Source: Corallochytrium limacisporum Hawaii
Taxonomy: Eukaryota; Protista; Pluriformea
Reading direction: 5' to 3'
DNA: 64,000 bases
Assembly (NCBI GenBank): GCA_002811645.1
Contig: PDIP01000021.1
Location: 1-64,000 of the forward strand
Positions within the stretch are counted from its first letter, which is position 1. Each line of letters starts with the position of its first letter. This document shows, piece by piece, positions 1 through 12,258 of the stretch. The notes beneath the pieces were generated by a model that worked only from the letters and a program-made list of their open reading frames with translations, was not told where the DNA came from and ran no database searches. Position numbers and translations under genes: made by a program.

Positions 1-34
<34 letters not shown>
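1..34. repeat. (AC)n microsatellite, truncated by the window edge
   Basis: Perfect AC dinucleotide run read directly. Confidence 0.95.
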
Positions 35-36
<2 letters not shown>

Positions 37-3000
37 ACCCACCAAGTTGAACAAATGGATGCGACATGCTTTCACAATAGAGCATGCCTGGCGCATACAA
101 CACCTAAGGGTCATACAAAATATGACATTAACGGGCTGGAAAGAACGAAATACGTACGTGGTGTAGCTTTCGTGTAGCAAACCTCCTCGTCCCCATGTTT
201 AGTACCAAAAGTTTATGAGCACAGACCTGTTGGGCGGCCTCTCTCAACTATGTATAGGAGCAAAACAGAGTGTGTGCTGTCCGCATGCCGCTTCCTTCGA
301 ACGTCAACACGAATGTGTACAACGCATAAATCAAGCCGACCCACAACTACGCACTGGTGTGACTTGGATCGAACGATAGCAGATCTTCTTTTGGGGTGGT
401 GGTGACATAGCGAACTTGTGCCAAGGCGGTGAATCCATCCCCATGCCGAAGGTGTCCGTTTGTTTCAGTACCGACTATCCCGGACTTGCAGGGGCTTTTT
501 CCTTCGACCCATAACGGCTCTCCACCTGCTAAAGTCTACGCACAACTTCGCGGCCGTACCTGAAGTGGAGAGTGCTCTAAAAATAGCCTGCTGGTGAACC
601 CACCGCTAAAAGCATCGTTTCTGCGCACTATTGCGCAAAACTCAGACGCGTTGTTTTGCGTTTATTACGTGGTGTTTCATCGGACTTGTAGTTGGGGGCA
701 ATGGAAGACGAATTGGCTTCGGGGTGTTGGCGGCGCTCTGAGATTTTGGTATCGCCCGAATCGGCCACACAGTGAAATTGGCCGCAAACGCATCAAGTGC
801 CAGGCCCGGAAACGGAGCACTTGAGCCCATCGCGGACGATCACCCGCGACCACCTTCGAATCGCACACGCCGTCCTCCAAACGCCGGCAGGATTATGACA
901 CCGCCTACTTATCGATTCGTCGTTCGCCACCAACAAGCAGTCGAGTCGCACAAACATCCGAAGACTTGTATGAATTTTTGGACATGGTGGTACAGTCATG
1001 AATTGTCAAACCGGACCCTGCTAGAGGTGCATGAGCCACTTTGTTAGTTTTTGGCAGGATGTTGTATGCTTTCCAGCAAACTGGTCCTCGTCGGCCGTCA
1101 TAAAGAGTGACCTCGCAGCTGTAGCAGCACACAGGGCTACGGTTCGGGTTTGTTAAAGCACGCCCTTGGGCACTCATCCATAATTCTCCAGCTCCGCTAG
1201 CCCGGCCAAATGATGGACACGGAGCACTCAATTCTTGTCCTCTAAAACGCTACTGCACGAAATCTTTCAACCATCCGTCGAAAGAGGAGTGTGACGTAAG
1301 GTCGGTCGCTGCCTTTCTTTGAATTGGCCAGCTTGGAGGTGGGGCAAGGGGCCAAAAGTCTACTTTCCCGGTGGCCAAATCTTCTGGGTAGTGCTCGTGA
1401 GCAGCAACCGGCTCCCGCCCCTTGGCTCTTCAGGCCGGGGCGGCCAAAATACGGTATGACCGCATATCCTTGTGATGTCGGTGCATGTCGACCGTCATCG
1501 TGGGGTGTTGAAACTGAGGCAGCCGAAGACAAGAAGAGATGTTGACACCCAAGAAACACACCGGGAATCTGTTCATCTATCGTTTGCTCCGATTGTACAA
1601 TTCTAGCCGGCTGGGGAGTGTGCATAGCCGGATATGGTCAGTCCCAGCAACATCAGTAGTCTTGGACACAGAACCCGACTGAATGGATCTCGGGGATCTT
1701 CAGTACAGCGTTACCTTTGCTCCACAGGGCACCAACCGAACGACATGTGCAAACTCGCACCGCCTTCCACTGAAATGACGCCGGCAGAACCTCACACCAA
1801 TCGTGTTTGTTGGGAGAAGGAAGTGTTTGTTGTTGCTCGGGGATCGGAATGTACGTATACATCTGTGTGTCTATATCAGTGATGTGTAGAAGCTGTATCC
1901 GAGAGGCTCGCAACCATTGGGCACTGCTGCCAGGGCAGCCAGACTCACACTTGGTCTCTGTGTCTCTGGGTGAGCACATAACTACGAGTCTTAGCCGGTC
2001 GGGCGGCGTCCACGGCGATCGGGCCGACGCACCGGTGAAGTGCATAAAACAGTGGGCCTTCTTCGGTTCTCCAGCAGTATGATGCCCCACCGAACCATGG
2101 GTCCATCTCCCATCCATGCCCACTTTCATCTCCCATGATTACAGCTCACTAAACGAGTAAACGAACAGCCCGAAAAAGTCTACCTTTCGGACGAGGTTTG
2201 TGCTAATGAGCTACTGACTCCAGTGGTGCTCAGTTTAATTACAAGGGAGTCTCCCAATGTATGTCCATTCGGGTTTCCTACTCATATGAACAACAGTAGT
2301 GCTGCCTTCAGGTGAGTGTGTATTGGATAAACCTGTCGCGATTAAATGGATAGAAGGAGGAGCCGAAAGTTTGGATTGAGTTGTGCGGAATTGTCTTTCA
2401 ATCTCTGGACATGCGGGTCCGGAGCTGTGTAGGCGGGTCAATTGGTTCGCCGTCGGGGTGCTGTGATCGGAAGTTTAGTCGACTAGGGTGCCATGGTAGA
2501 GGGCCAAAATAAAACTTTGGCGACGTCTGTGTGATGAAGTGCGCTACATTTAATATTCTCAACAGCGATGTTTCGAAGTGGTGCTAGGCAGGGGCAGTGT
2601 GTAACCTTTCCGGCAACAAGTATCCAGGCAATACAGTCATGCCGCGAACAGAGTCTAGTCTGTGTTCGTGTTCCTAACCGGTACGTAGTAGAACGAAGGT
2701 GCATTTTCGAACTATACCCTGCGGGGTTTGTGTAAACTGATCTCCGAGACCTTTGAACTGCGCGGAGCTGCAATCCAGCAGCCATGTGCTGGAGAACCAA
2801 GGGAATGCGTCCACGTTGCTGTGTAGAGTATTCCGCTCGGAGCCAGTCAAGTCATCGGGCGGAAGCACAACGGAGATACAAACAACCAACAAGAGCAAGA
2901 ACTCTATAGACTCGCACGGGCATGCTATCTTTAGTGCCCAACATCCAGTTCAGCACTCCATGTCAACATAGAAATTCCTACGGGAAGCATTCATCATCCA

Positions 3001-6000
3001 AAAGAACAATCACGCCCTGGCCCACACACCGGGTTTGGCCTAGAACGAATCGCAATATGAACAACTCATTCATGCCGGCCGGATTCCCATCTGCACGATG
3101 ATGTTTGAATGTCGTCGGTTTGCGCAAACCTAGGACATGAAGCACATCACACACGCCATGAATTTCTTCTCAATTTTCACTATAACTGGATGGGTACAGG
3201 TGTCCACCTTCATCGACCACCCGCGCCGACCTCCGCTCCATTCATACAGTGCATCTATTCATACCGCCCAGCAGCATTCGTCAAGTCATCGCACAGTTAC
3301 GGAACACACACGCACACCCCGCCTACCGCGGGCCCCAGAGCCCATTCTCTACAAAACTGCGTAGAGAACGATCGCGTGCTATATATATCTCGCCTGACCC
3401 ACCCGCACTCCCCGCCCATTTTTCCATTCAGCGTTACATTGGATTTTGCGCCCTTGCCCCACGTCTCTCTGATGTTGCAAATTCATTAGGAATCACTACG
3501 CAGAAAAGGGGAGTGCGAGCGCTCAACCATTACAAATTTATTGCTACAGCTCCACAGTTTTGACTACTTTTGGCTAATTGTTATTACTTACGACTGCTAG
3601 AAACTTCGTCTCTGTGTCACTCATTTGCACTCGGTTTCTACCTCAGATGTCCGCTTGTAAGAATGCCTGCTCCATGTATGCTCCCTGACAAACATGGACA
3701 ATAGAAAAATGCCGAACAATGGATCGCCATGAGTCCAACAAGATTTCGTACTCCTAACCACCCTGCCCCAAAAGTCCACTCTCGGGGCTCTCAGTAGTAA
3801 ATGTACGGCAAAGAGAGCATCATGCAACTGTCATGTCACCGCTAAAACGAAAAACTGTGTCAAAGAAGCAAGCGCACCTCACCAGTCTAAATGCCTGTAG
3901 TGTATGAGCAAGTTGAGGTTCGAATATTCTAAAGATCTAAGTGATGGCACCAACAGACCCGCTATGCACGCACACCCATGAACGAACACACACGCCCATT
4001 CTTATGTCGTTGCGTTCGGTTCCTTCGTTTCCTTCTTCAGGATCCCTCCATGCGTACATTTCCTATCGTCGCCAGAACCCAGAGAACGAGAGTGTAAAGG
4101 ATCGCAGTAGCAAACGGAGAGCAGAGCCGGAGTTGTGCGCGTTGGCAGGCCCACCCCTACATTATCTCCCAGATTGTGCGGTTTGCTCCTGAACACTGTG
4201 CAGTCCCCTCCCTCCCCACGGGACGCCCCTCTTCCAATGTCGTCTGTTTGGTTTCCTATATACTGAAGGTTCGACTTCACGCACTGCAAAGCCAGGATCT
4301 CTATATGCGGACCTGCTAGCCCTAAAGCTGGATCGTACAAACCAAAAACTGCGATACGCCTAGCACTGAGCATCAGAGTGGCATCACCGAATTGGCGACT
4401 CGCACGGTTCATTGCAGATTTGAGGTTCAGTAGTCCCCCTGATTTGCCTGTCGGTCCATGTTCTATTGAAAATTTACCGTGTTCATCCAAATTGGGCAAC
4501 TTGCTTTATCGTTTTGTTGTCTGTCGCTGTCCCATTTGCTTCGTCACCTTCTCAACACTATCCGACAGGTAGACCACTTCACAGGAAAAATTGATACTGA
4601 ATTAGCATCAGCAATCACAGTCCCTATGCAATTTATCGCGCTACGACCATTCCTGTTCGCGTACTAAGAATGTTTGGGCCAGTATTTCACTGCTCCCAAC
4701 ATGCTTACTGTTGGCCACAATTCACTGGTAACAGCCCTCCAAAACAAACATACAATCGTTTTCTTGTGGCTCAGTTTGCATACATGTCTACTATTTACAG
4801 CTACCACCCTATCTCACCACATCCTTCTCCTACCTGTTTCCCTCTCATAACACGCCCACGTACACAAACTTGGTCGGGCTCAATGTGTATTTCGGCTGAT
4901 CCAGCCATGAAACTTGTCGTGGACCATGAAGAAATTCTGAAGCCGTACCTGTTTTTGTTTTTATACTATTTGTCGGAATCGGCATTGTTATGATGTTACG
5001 TTACTCATCGATCCGGGTACGTAATAGCAACCAAACCAATCCTGGTCTGTTGTCATTTTGTAATATGTATAGCTTACGAATAATGAATATTAGGAGTGAT
5101 GTATTTCATTTGAATGACTTGTCATTGTCTTGAGTACGCCGAAATTCGAGCAAGCCCAATGTATATAAAATATATGGCACCTCCAGGACGAATTGCACCA
5201 TTGCACTCACACACAACCACCCACACCACTAGCACATGGTGGCTCGATAGTTTCTTGATATCTCCAACGTATTTACTATCAAGTCCTAGGCATATTACCG
5301 CTATTGCTTTGTTTGGTGAGCGAAAATGTCTGTAGAGTAGTTTGTCCACGCGTTGTACAAGACGAAGCAAACGATACCATCGTGATCAGAAGCAAGTCGA
5401 GTAGCGGAGGAGGAAAGTAGGTCTCGGGCTAATTGATTTAGAGGACATGAGTCCATAATAGCGCGCACCTGTTCCGTGAAAACGCAATAAGGAACAAGCC
5501 TCTTACCACCGCCTAGCTGATCCAACGGATCGATTGCATTTCAAATCCGTACCCTAGTCGTATGCGGCGGTTGGTTACTATTGTTTAGACCGAGGCTGAG
5601 TATTTTATCTATGACAGTGTCACGATGACCAAAGAAGGCATCGAGCATAACACACCGCAAAGGAAATTAGAAAGGGTCCGGGACCACGCCTCTGGTCCCC
5701 GGGTCTTCGCCTTGCCTTGATCAGTCACGAACGGCCAATCCCATCTTGAGTCCCGCCCTTTCGTGAATCCTAATCCTGCGCAATGCATCGAGATATGGTG
5801 AGAACGCACTTATATTTTCATACACAACGACATCGAAGTAAACTGCCGAGGTAGTTGGCCGGGGGAGTGGCTGGCGCATGCGCTCCCTGTGATGCTTAAT
5901 GGCGATTGGAAAACGTCAAAAGGTTCGCCGCAACGGCCTGTGGCTTGGCTACAAAAATGCTACTTGCTCAGGCAGATGAATAAAGAGGAACGGAAGGGTA

Positions 6001-9000
6001 GTGGCGGGAATATTAACGATCCAAACATAACGCCCAGGATCAGTCGACCTTGTGCCCCACTGGACCCTTTTCTTTCTCGGACACAAATTGGACCGGACAC
6101 ATCCTTTCCTTTATTCGCGTGTGCGCCACCCAACAAGTTTCGTCCCCCTTCAATACACGAAAATTGCGCAGTCACAATTTTGATCGTTGTGTATCTTTTG
6201 CCCCATCCAGGATGCGCTGTTTTCCTTCAATCTGATTGGTCTGCACTCCGGTGGGACAAGCGCCATGCAAATTGTCCACACGATCTAGCAGAACAATCAG
6301 GGAGGTAAAAGAGCATACGAAGCGTGACCTGCATCAATTCGAGGGCTCTGGTTGGTGCCAAATTTTGTTACTGCCAACGCGTTCGAACGCTTTTGTGTGT
6401 ACACTAATGCGTTTCCGTATACCACCTCCCGTGGATGGCCCCCCCCCTCCCCTCCCCTTCCTTCTCTCCGGGGAGTCTCCGGCCCGGGAAAGCAGAGTAC
6501 AAACGTTGTCCCACTCCCGTCAATTAGGAACGCAGAACCACGGCCCAATGTCCTGCGGCGGACAGAAACAATACAAGCGGATGGTGGTTCAAGTGAAAGA
6601 ACACATCCGTACGCAAAAGTAGAAGGCAGAGGCAAGGATCCATTGATAGTGTGTGCACTGCAGCAAGGCGAGAAAGCAATAAACCCAATTGGCCACCGAC
6701 GTCTAGTAAGCTATTTCATCTTCTCTGCTCGCCCGCTTTTGCCTGCTGCGGTTAGGGGACAAAATAAATGGTGCATTCAACAAAGCGGCTTAAATTGATG
6801 TAGTAGTCTTGGGCGTGGCTCATGAGTATTTGGGACCACTGTGAGAAATGTTGCAATGTTTGACAGGAGGCAGCTTGCGCAGAACGCCTCGTTCTGATAC
6901 GCACTATCTATCAAAAATGGTTGCGCGTGTGCTCAATCTTTGATCCAAATTGTTACTACTTGCAACGAGACAGCATATTATCTATGAGTTTCATCCGTAA
7001 TACTCTCACACTGAACTCTCTCTCTGACAATTACTTCGGTGTATTGTGTTAGGTGAAGGAAGTACGACATAAAATAGTGAAGAATTTTTATGCGCAGTTT
7101 GGGGGGGGGGACGATTCGGGACCCTACAGTCCTCCTTTTTTTCCATATACAAAGAAACCCTTTTTCTCAACGAAGGGAGCGGGTCTCATTCTCGTGGACT
7201 CGTAGATCCCCAGAAATGAGACACCGGGGATCGACAAGTGTGCCCCACCGCCCAACTGTGGCTAGCCACCCACTCCTTCACCGCACTTGCCACAAGAAAA
7301 CGGGTCTGGTTTTTTTTCGTTAGTTTATCTTTCCTCCCAGTAGTCTGTTAGTTTGCTCGTGATCGTTTCCCTCGGGTCGGTCGTTATTTACAGTGCACCA
7401 CCAGCGTCGTCGTCGGTTCAATTGGCAGAGAAGGCGTCTTTCGGGAGTTAGCAGTGTACAGTGCACAAGGATTGGAAAAAATTTTCTCAGCCATAGAGGA
7501 AAGCAATTTTTTAGTTAGTTTATGTGTGGGATGTGTGCGTGCACCCTGACCGTCAAATAAGAGCGCACGTTCAAGAGCCCAGTTACTTCCTTTGATACTT
7601 CCACAATAGTTTCCATCTGTTATCTCCATACGAAATATACTAAGTCCCGTCCATATAAAGCTCCGATATTCTGAGGAAAGGGCAAGCACTTTTCATCGGG
7701 GTTTCATCCAGAACGGAGACAGTGAGAGCGAGAAATTGGCTCTGTGTCTCCGAACGTGGGCAACCATTGTGCACCACGATCCGCGAGGAATGTGTGGATA
7801 TCAAAATGTCCTCCTGGTGAGGTTATACTATTCCACTGCAAACTCTCTCTTTCTTATGTCCCTTGTCTTTCGTGCGTTTGTCGATTGGCCATTTCATGGA
7901 TCGACGACGATTTTCGGGCTCCAGCACTAATTCTGACACCGGAGACGGCGGGCGTACGATTGAAAGTTTTTGCCATCCTCGTTCAGAGCAGTTTCTCTTG
8001 AGTCGACTCTTTTTTTCATCGACCGGGGGGCGGGGCTTGCACTGAAAGAGAGCAGTGACTTGCTGGAAACGGTAATCATTAGTAGCAGGTCCAGTACTCT
8101 CGAGCATGTGTGGAAGTAAGCAGAAACAGACACACTCTGCGCTTCGATAAGACAACAACGGAAGAATATGAGAACATATGTCAGGGTTGACGTGAGTGTC
8201 CCTTTCAAAAACTTGGGAAGGGAGGGGGGGGCCTTTCGACAAAGATTGTCTTTTTGCTGCGGACAACGAGCGATGACCAACTGCAGAACTTTCCGTTGAA
8301 CAAGTCTGCACAATTCGAGGAGATAAATCCGTCTATTCACTATCGACCACAACATTTTCATGAACTCCTCCGCGGACGATAGATCAAACGACACTCCATG
8401 GACCCAGAGTGTGTGCTGCACATCTAGATGTCTGAACGGACAGTGTAGTGCAGTGTATAATTATGAGAGGGGGGAAGGGAGCCTAGGACCGATTCAAGCC
8501 CCTTTTTTTGGCAGTTTGCTGTTTCCTCTTCTCATCTTCTCCCTCATCCACTTTTCAACTTTACATTTGTCGTCGAAAGGGCCTACGTTATAATAAATGC
8601 ATTGTAATTTTGCGAGACCTTTGAACTTTTTTTTTTGGTTGCTTCAAGAAGTCGCAGGCTGCTCCGCAGTTCCAGCCTCTCGGCCTTATAGCGAAATTAC
8701 TGAACTATCCAAATAAAGCCATGTCTTATCTTCAAACGTCTGCCTAGCCCCCCCTCTCCCGGTTCACCGAGTCTGCAACCAACAAGGAGAATCCCCGTAC
8801 ATTTTGATAGCCAAAACTCGTACTTCTCCGCGCAAAGTGGTCCGATCTGAAAGGGGGGGAAAGGGTGCGCAACAGGCCCTGCCGATCCTCGTCCGGGCCC
8901 CTCTCGCCCCGTTCGCTGGTTGGTTCGCAGTTTGGAAAAAAGGGAGAAAGCTGTAATTTTTCATAACTCTGGGAAAAATTCTTGCTATGTTTTGCAAGCA

Positions 9001-9052
9001 AAACAATAAACAAGGAACTTGGGTGGGTAGGGAAGAGAAGGGTGGAGGGGGG

Positions 9053-9120
9053 GGGGGGGGAAGAGATGGTTAGGAAAAAGGAGAGGGGGGGGGAAGAGAT
9101 GGTTCGGAAAAAGGAGAGAG
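9053..9120. repeat. Two-copy 33-bp purine-rich tandem repeat upstream of the ABCG gene
   Basis: G-run followed by AAGAGATGGTT(A/C)GGAAAAAGGAGAG at 9061 and 9094. Confidence 0.85.
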
Positions 9121-9520
9121 GGGGGAGAGACGTTCTGCCACAAACATCGCCCTAGTGGTTCCGTTCTGGGGTCGTAGTAGTCCAACTCAAAGGGGTGCCA
9201 CAACTTTTTGGGAAAAAGGGGAAAGGCGAAAAAGCGGAAGACCACACAACGGAACACACCAACGTTAAACTTTTGCAGACAGGAGTTGAACGAGTGTGTG
9301 TACTTGCGGCAATATTACACAATTACTCCCATTGTTTCACAGTGGTAGACGTATAGAGTGACTGTGTCTGAGATACTTATAGACCCGACGCAGACTTCCC
9401 CAAATACTATTTCAGACCATCCATCTATGTGAAGGTATTCAATTGTATCGATATTCTTCATACCTTTCGTTTCAATCTTTGTCGGGTTATCACCACTTCA
9501 CAAACAACAAATCTTCAACA

Positions 9521-11824
9521 ATGCCGCCTAACACCGACGCTAACCAGAGCCTGTCCAGTGGCTCTGGCGAGGGCTACGTAGAGATCGCCGATGTCTACAA
9601 GAACGCCCCCAACCAGTCTAAGAACGAAAAGGAGTTCGATGATGAGACCATGCGCCGTCTGCGCGCCGTTCACTCCACTGACTCAAAGCGCTCTTCCAAG
9701 CGCGCCTCGAAGCTGGACATTATCCGGGAGAAGCCGTTCTATGTCACCTTCGAGGACATTAAGTGTGAGATTGGTGGCAAGGAAATTCTGAAGGGCATTT
9801 CTGGTTTTTGCCAGCCCGGTGAATCTCTGGCCATTGTCGGTGCTTCCGGTGCTGGTAAGACCACCCTCATGGATATCGTTCTGTCCCGCAAGAACATGGG
9901 TAACTTCAGTGGTACCACCCTGTACAATGGCCGCGAGCTGACTCCTTTCCTGAAGAAGAAGCTCGGTTATGTCGCCGCTGAGTGTGCCCGTGTCCCAACG
10001 CTCACCGTTCGCGAGACCCTTATGTTCGCAGCTGAGCTGCGTCTGCCAGAGAATTTCACCAAGGATATGCGCGAGGACCGTGTCAACGACATCATGGACC
10101 ACCTTGGTCTCACTCACGTTGCTGATAACAAGGTCGGTAACGAACTTGTGCGTGGTATTTCCACCGGTGAGAAGCGCCGTGTGGATATCGCTCTGGAGCT
10201 GATCCCGGGCCCTCGAGTCTTGTTCCTTGACGAGCCTACCTCCGGTCTGGACTCTCACATCGCCGAGAAGTCCATGTCCCTGGTGCTGAACTTCTGCCGT
10301 GACCACAACGTGACTGTGATCAGCGTTATTCATCAGCCCAGCTCCAATGTATTTTTGATGTTCGACAACGTTATGTTGCTGGGTCAGGGACGCACCCAGT
10401 ACTTCGGTGGCACGCGCGAGGCTGAAGAATACTTTACTTCTCAGGGATACCCTCTGCCTGCCGATACCAACCCCATCGATCACTATGTCGAGATTGTCGA
10501 CAAGGATCCCCACACCTTGGCTGATGCCTTCGAGCAATCTGAGCATATTAAGCGCACCGCTGACACCATTGCCGATATTAAGGCCCTGCAGAATCCGGAG
10601 GGAGAAAAGGATATGCCCACCAAGGAATTGCGTGAACGCACTGTCCTGGCCGAAACTGAGATTTTGTGCCGCAAGATCACTTTGCGCTATCTCCGCAACC
10701 CCAACACTTCCTGGGTCCGTGTGCTGTTCGGTCTCGTGATTGCATGGATTTACGGTATGGCCTTCTACAAGCTCACCCCGGATTTGAACGGTTTCCGCCT
10801 GATTGGTAACTTGTGTTCTCTGCTGGCCTTCCTGTCTGCCTTCATTACTGCTGCTTCTGTCCCGCAGTTCCAGGATGACCGTGATGTCATGCTTCAGGAG
10901 AACGCCCTGGGCTACTACTCTATCTTCGCCTACTGGGCTTCCTACTGGATGCTTGAGAACTTCGTGACTCTGTTGACCATGGCCGGTGCAGTCCCTATTG
11001 TCTACTTCATGGCTGGTTTCCAGCAGGAGTTCGGTCGCTTCTACGGCATGGCCCTGTATAACTCGATGGTAGCGGTAAGCATTGCTCAGTTCGCCTCTGC
11101 CTGGTCTCGTGATACCACCATGGCTTTCACCCTGAATGTGCTGATCAATTTCACTGGTTACCTGTTCTCCGGTATTCCTGCTGCCATTGAGCTTATTCCC
11201 GCCATTATCCGCTGGGGTCAGTACCTCACCAACTGGCGCTTTGCTGTCATGTACATGCTGTACACTCAGTTGGTCGGTTTCCAGCTTGACTGCTCCGAAG
11301 CCGAGTTCCTGCCCCTCAATGTTAACACTATCATTCCCCCTGTCGTTGAGGGTACTATTGCGACCCTGACCCCCAATGTGGTGTCAGATCCGAACGATCT
11401 TGACCTCGCCGCTCCCGGACTGGGCGCCACTCTCCAGCTCCAGGGTGTTTCTGAAGTGTTCGTTGAGTTGAACGAAAATGGTACGCTCCCCAGCGACTAC
11501 GCCCAGTCCTTCTTCCTGGCCTCCACATTCTGGCTCAATTCGACCTCGCAGTATCTGGTTGGTGAGTACCCATACACCGCCCAGCTGCAGAACTATGCCG
11601 TGATCAACTCTCTTGGACAGATTGAATCTCTGGCCGAAATGGGCTTCTTCCCCGATTACTCCCAGTGCCTGATCACTGACACTGGTGCATTCATTGAGGC
11701 GAAGTTCCCTCTGCCCATTGCCTACGGCGATTACTACTTCGGCTTCGTTAGTATCTACCTGGTCTTCTACAGTGTTACGACCTACTTCGGTCTGCACTTC
11801 TCCAAGTACTACAAGCGCCGTTAA
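9521..11824 (+). CDS. ABCG (White/BCRP-type) half transporter, NBD-TMD topology
   Basis: Walker A GASGAGKTT, signature ISTGEKRR, Walker B/D-loop FLDEPTSGLD, H-loop IHQP and six C-terminal hydrophobic helices. Start placed at the first ATG (acaATG, 9521) because the ORF track begins at TTG 9443. Strong C/T-ending codon bias. Confidence 0.95.
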   Translation: MPPNTDANQSLSSGSGEGYVEIADVYKNAPNQSKNEKEFDDETMRRLRAVHSTDSKRSSKRASKLDIIREKPFYVTFEDIKCEIGGKEILKGISGFCQPGESLAIVGASGAGKTTLMDIVLSRKNMGNFSGTTLYNGRELTPFLKKKLGYVAAECARVPTLTVRETLMFAAELRLPENFTKDMREDRVNDIMDHLGLTHVADNKVGNELVRGISTGEKRRVDIALELIPGPRVLFLDEPTSGLDSHIAEKSMSLVLNFCRDHNVTVISVIHQPSSNVFLMFDNVMLLGQGRTQYFGGTREAEEYFTSQGYPLPADTNPIDHYVEIVDKDPHTLADAFEQSEHIKRTADTIADIKALQNPEGEKDMPTKELRERTVLAETEILCRKITLRYLRNPNTSWVRVLFGLVIAWIYGMAFYKLTPDLNGFRLIGNLCSLLAFLSAFITAASVPQFQDDRDVMLQENALGYYSIFAYWASYWMLENFVTLLTMAGAVPIVYFMAGFQQEFGRFYGMALYNSMVAVSIAQFASAWSRDTTMAFTLNVLINFTGYLFSGIPAAIELIPAIIRWGQYLTNWRFAVMYMLYTQLVGFQLDCSEAEFLPLNVNTIIPPVVEGTIATLTPNVVSDPNDLDLAAPGLGATLQLQGVSEVFVELNENGTLPSDYAQSFFLASTFWLNSTSQYLVGEYPYTAQLQNYAVINSLGQIESLAEMGFFPDYSQCLITDTGAFIEAKFPLPIAYGDYYFGFVSIYLVFYSVTTYFGLHFSKYYKRR

Positions 11825-11859
11825 GTGCATTGCAGTGCTCCACCCAGTGGGAGTATTAT

Positions 11860-12189
11860 CAAACAAAAAGTTCTTTTGTCCATCATTTCCGCACATAACG
11901 GCTTTCGAAAGAAGCCGTTCAGAACACACTATAACACAATAGCATCATATGCATTTCCTCCTTTTGCACAAATTGAGCAGAGCATTAAACAACCCATTTT
12001 TTTTTACGAATCCCTTGTCTTTCAAACAAAAAATCGTTCTTTTGTCCATCATTTCCGCACATAACGGCTTTCGAAAGAAGCCGTTCAGAACACACTATAA
12101 CACAATAGCATCACATGCATTTCCTCCTTTTGCACAAATTGAGCAGAGCATTAAACAACCTTTTTTTTTTACGAATCCCTTGTCTTTCA
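11860..12189. repeat. Near-identical tandem duplication (period 166 bp) in the convergent ABCG/IMP1 3' region
   Basis: TTCTTTTGTCCATCATTTCCGCACATAACGGCTTTCGAAAGAAGCCG...GAATCCCTTGTCTTTCA occurs twice with only a few differences. Confidence 0.95.
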
Positions 12190-12258
12190 TGCAATGCTAC
12201 ACAGCTGTATACGGTACACAATTAACTATACTTTTTTATGGTACGAATAGGGTTGGTG

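Noticed and set aside
2741-3397. Plus-strand frame of about 219 codons interrupted only by TAG, suggesting stop-codon reassignment
   Set aside because: Real genes here (IMP1, PB1-SAM, UBLCP1, PRIM1, eIF4E) end in TAG. A run of this length is expected roughly once or twice by chance in this much non-coding DNA, and the translation is unrecognisable.
4002-4499. 165-aa minus ORF, and similar ORFs at 1653-2129, 5889-6308 and 23976-24395
   Set aside because: Mostly non-ATG starts, no motifs, and lengths compatible with chance at about 50% GC.
9683-11929. Long antisense ORFs over ABCG (287 and 181 aa), and similar ones over SDHA, FKBP and UBLCP1
   Set aside because: These are shadows of strongly biased codon usage on the coding strand and contain no motifs.
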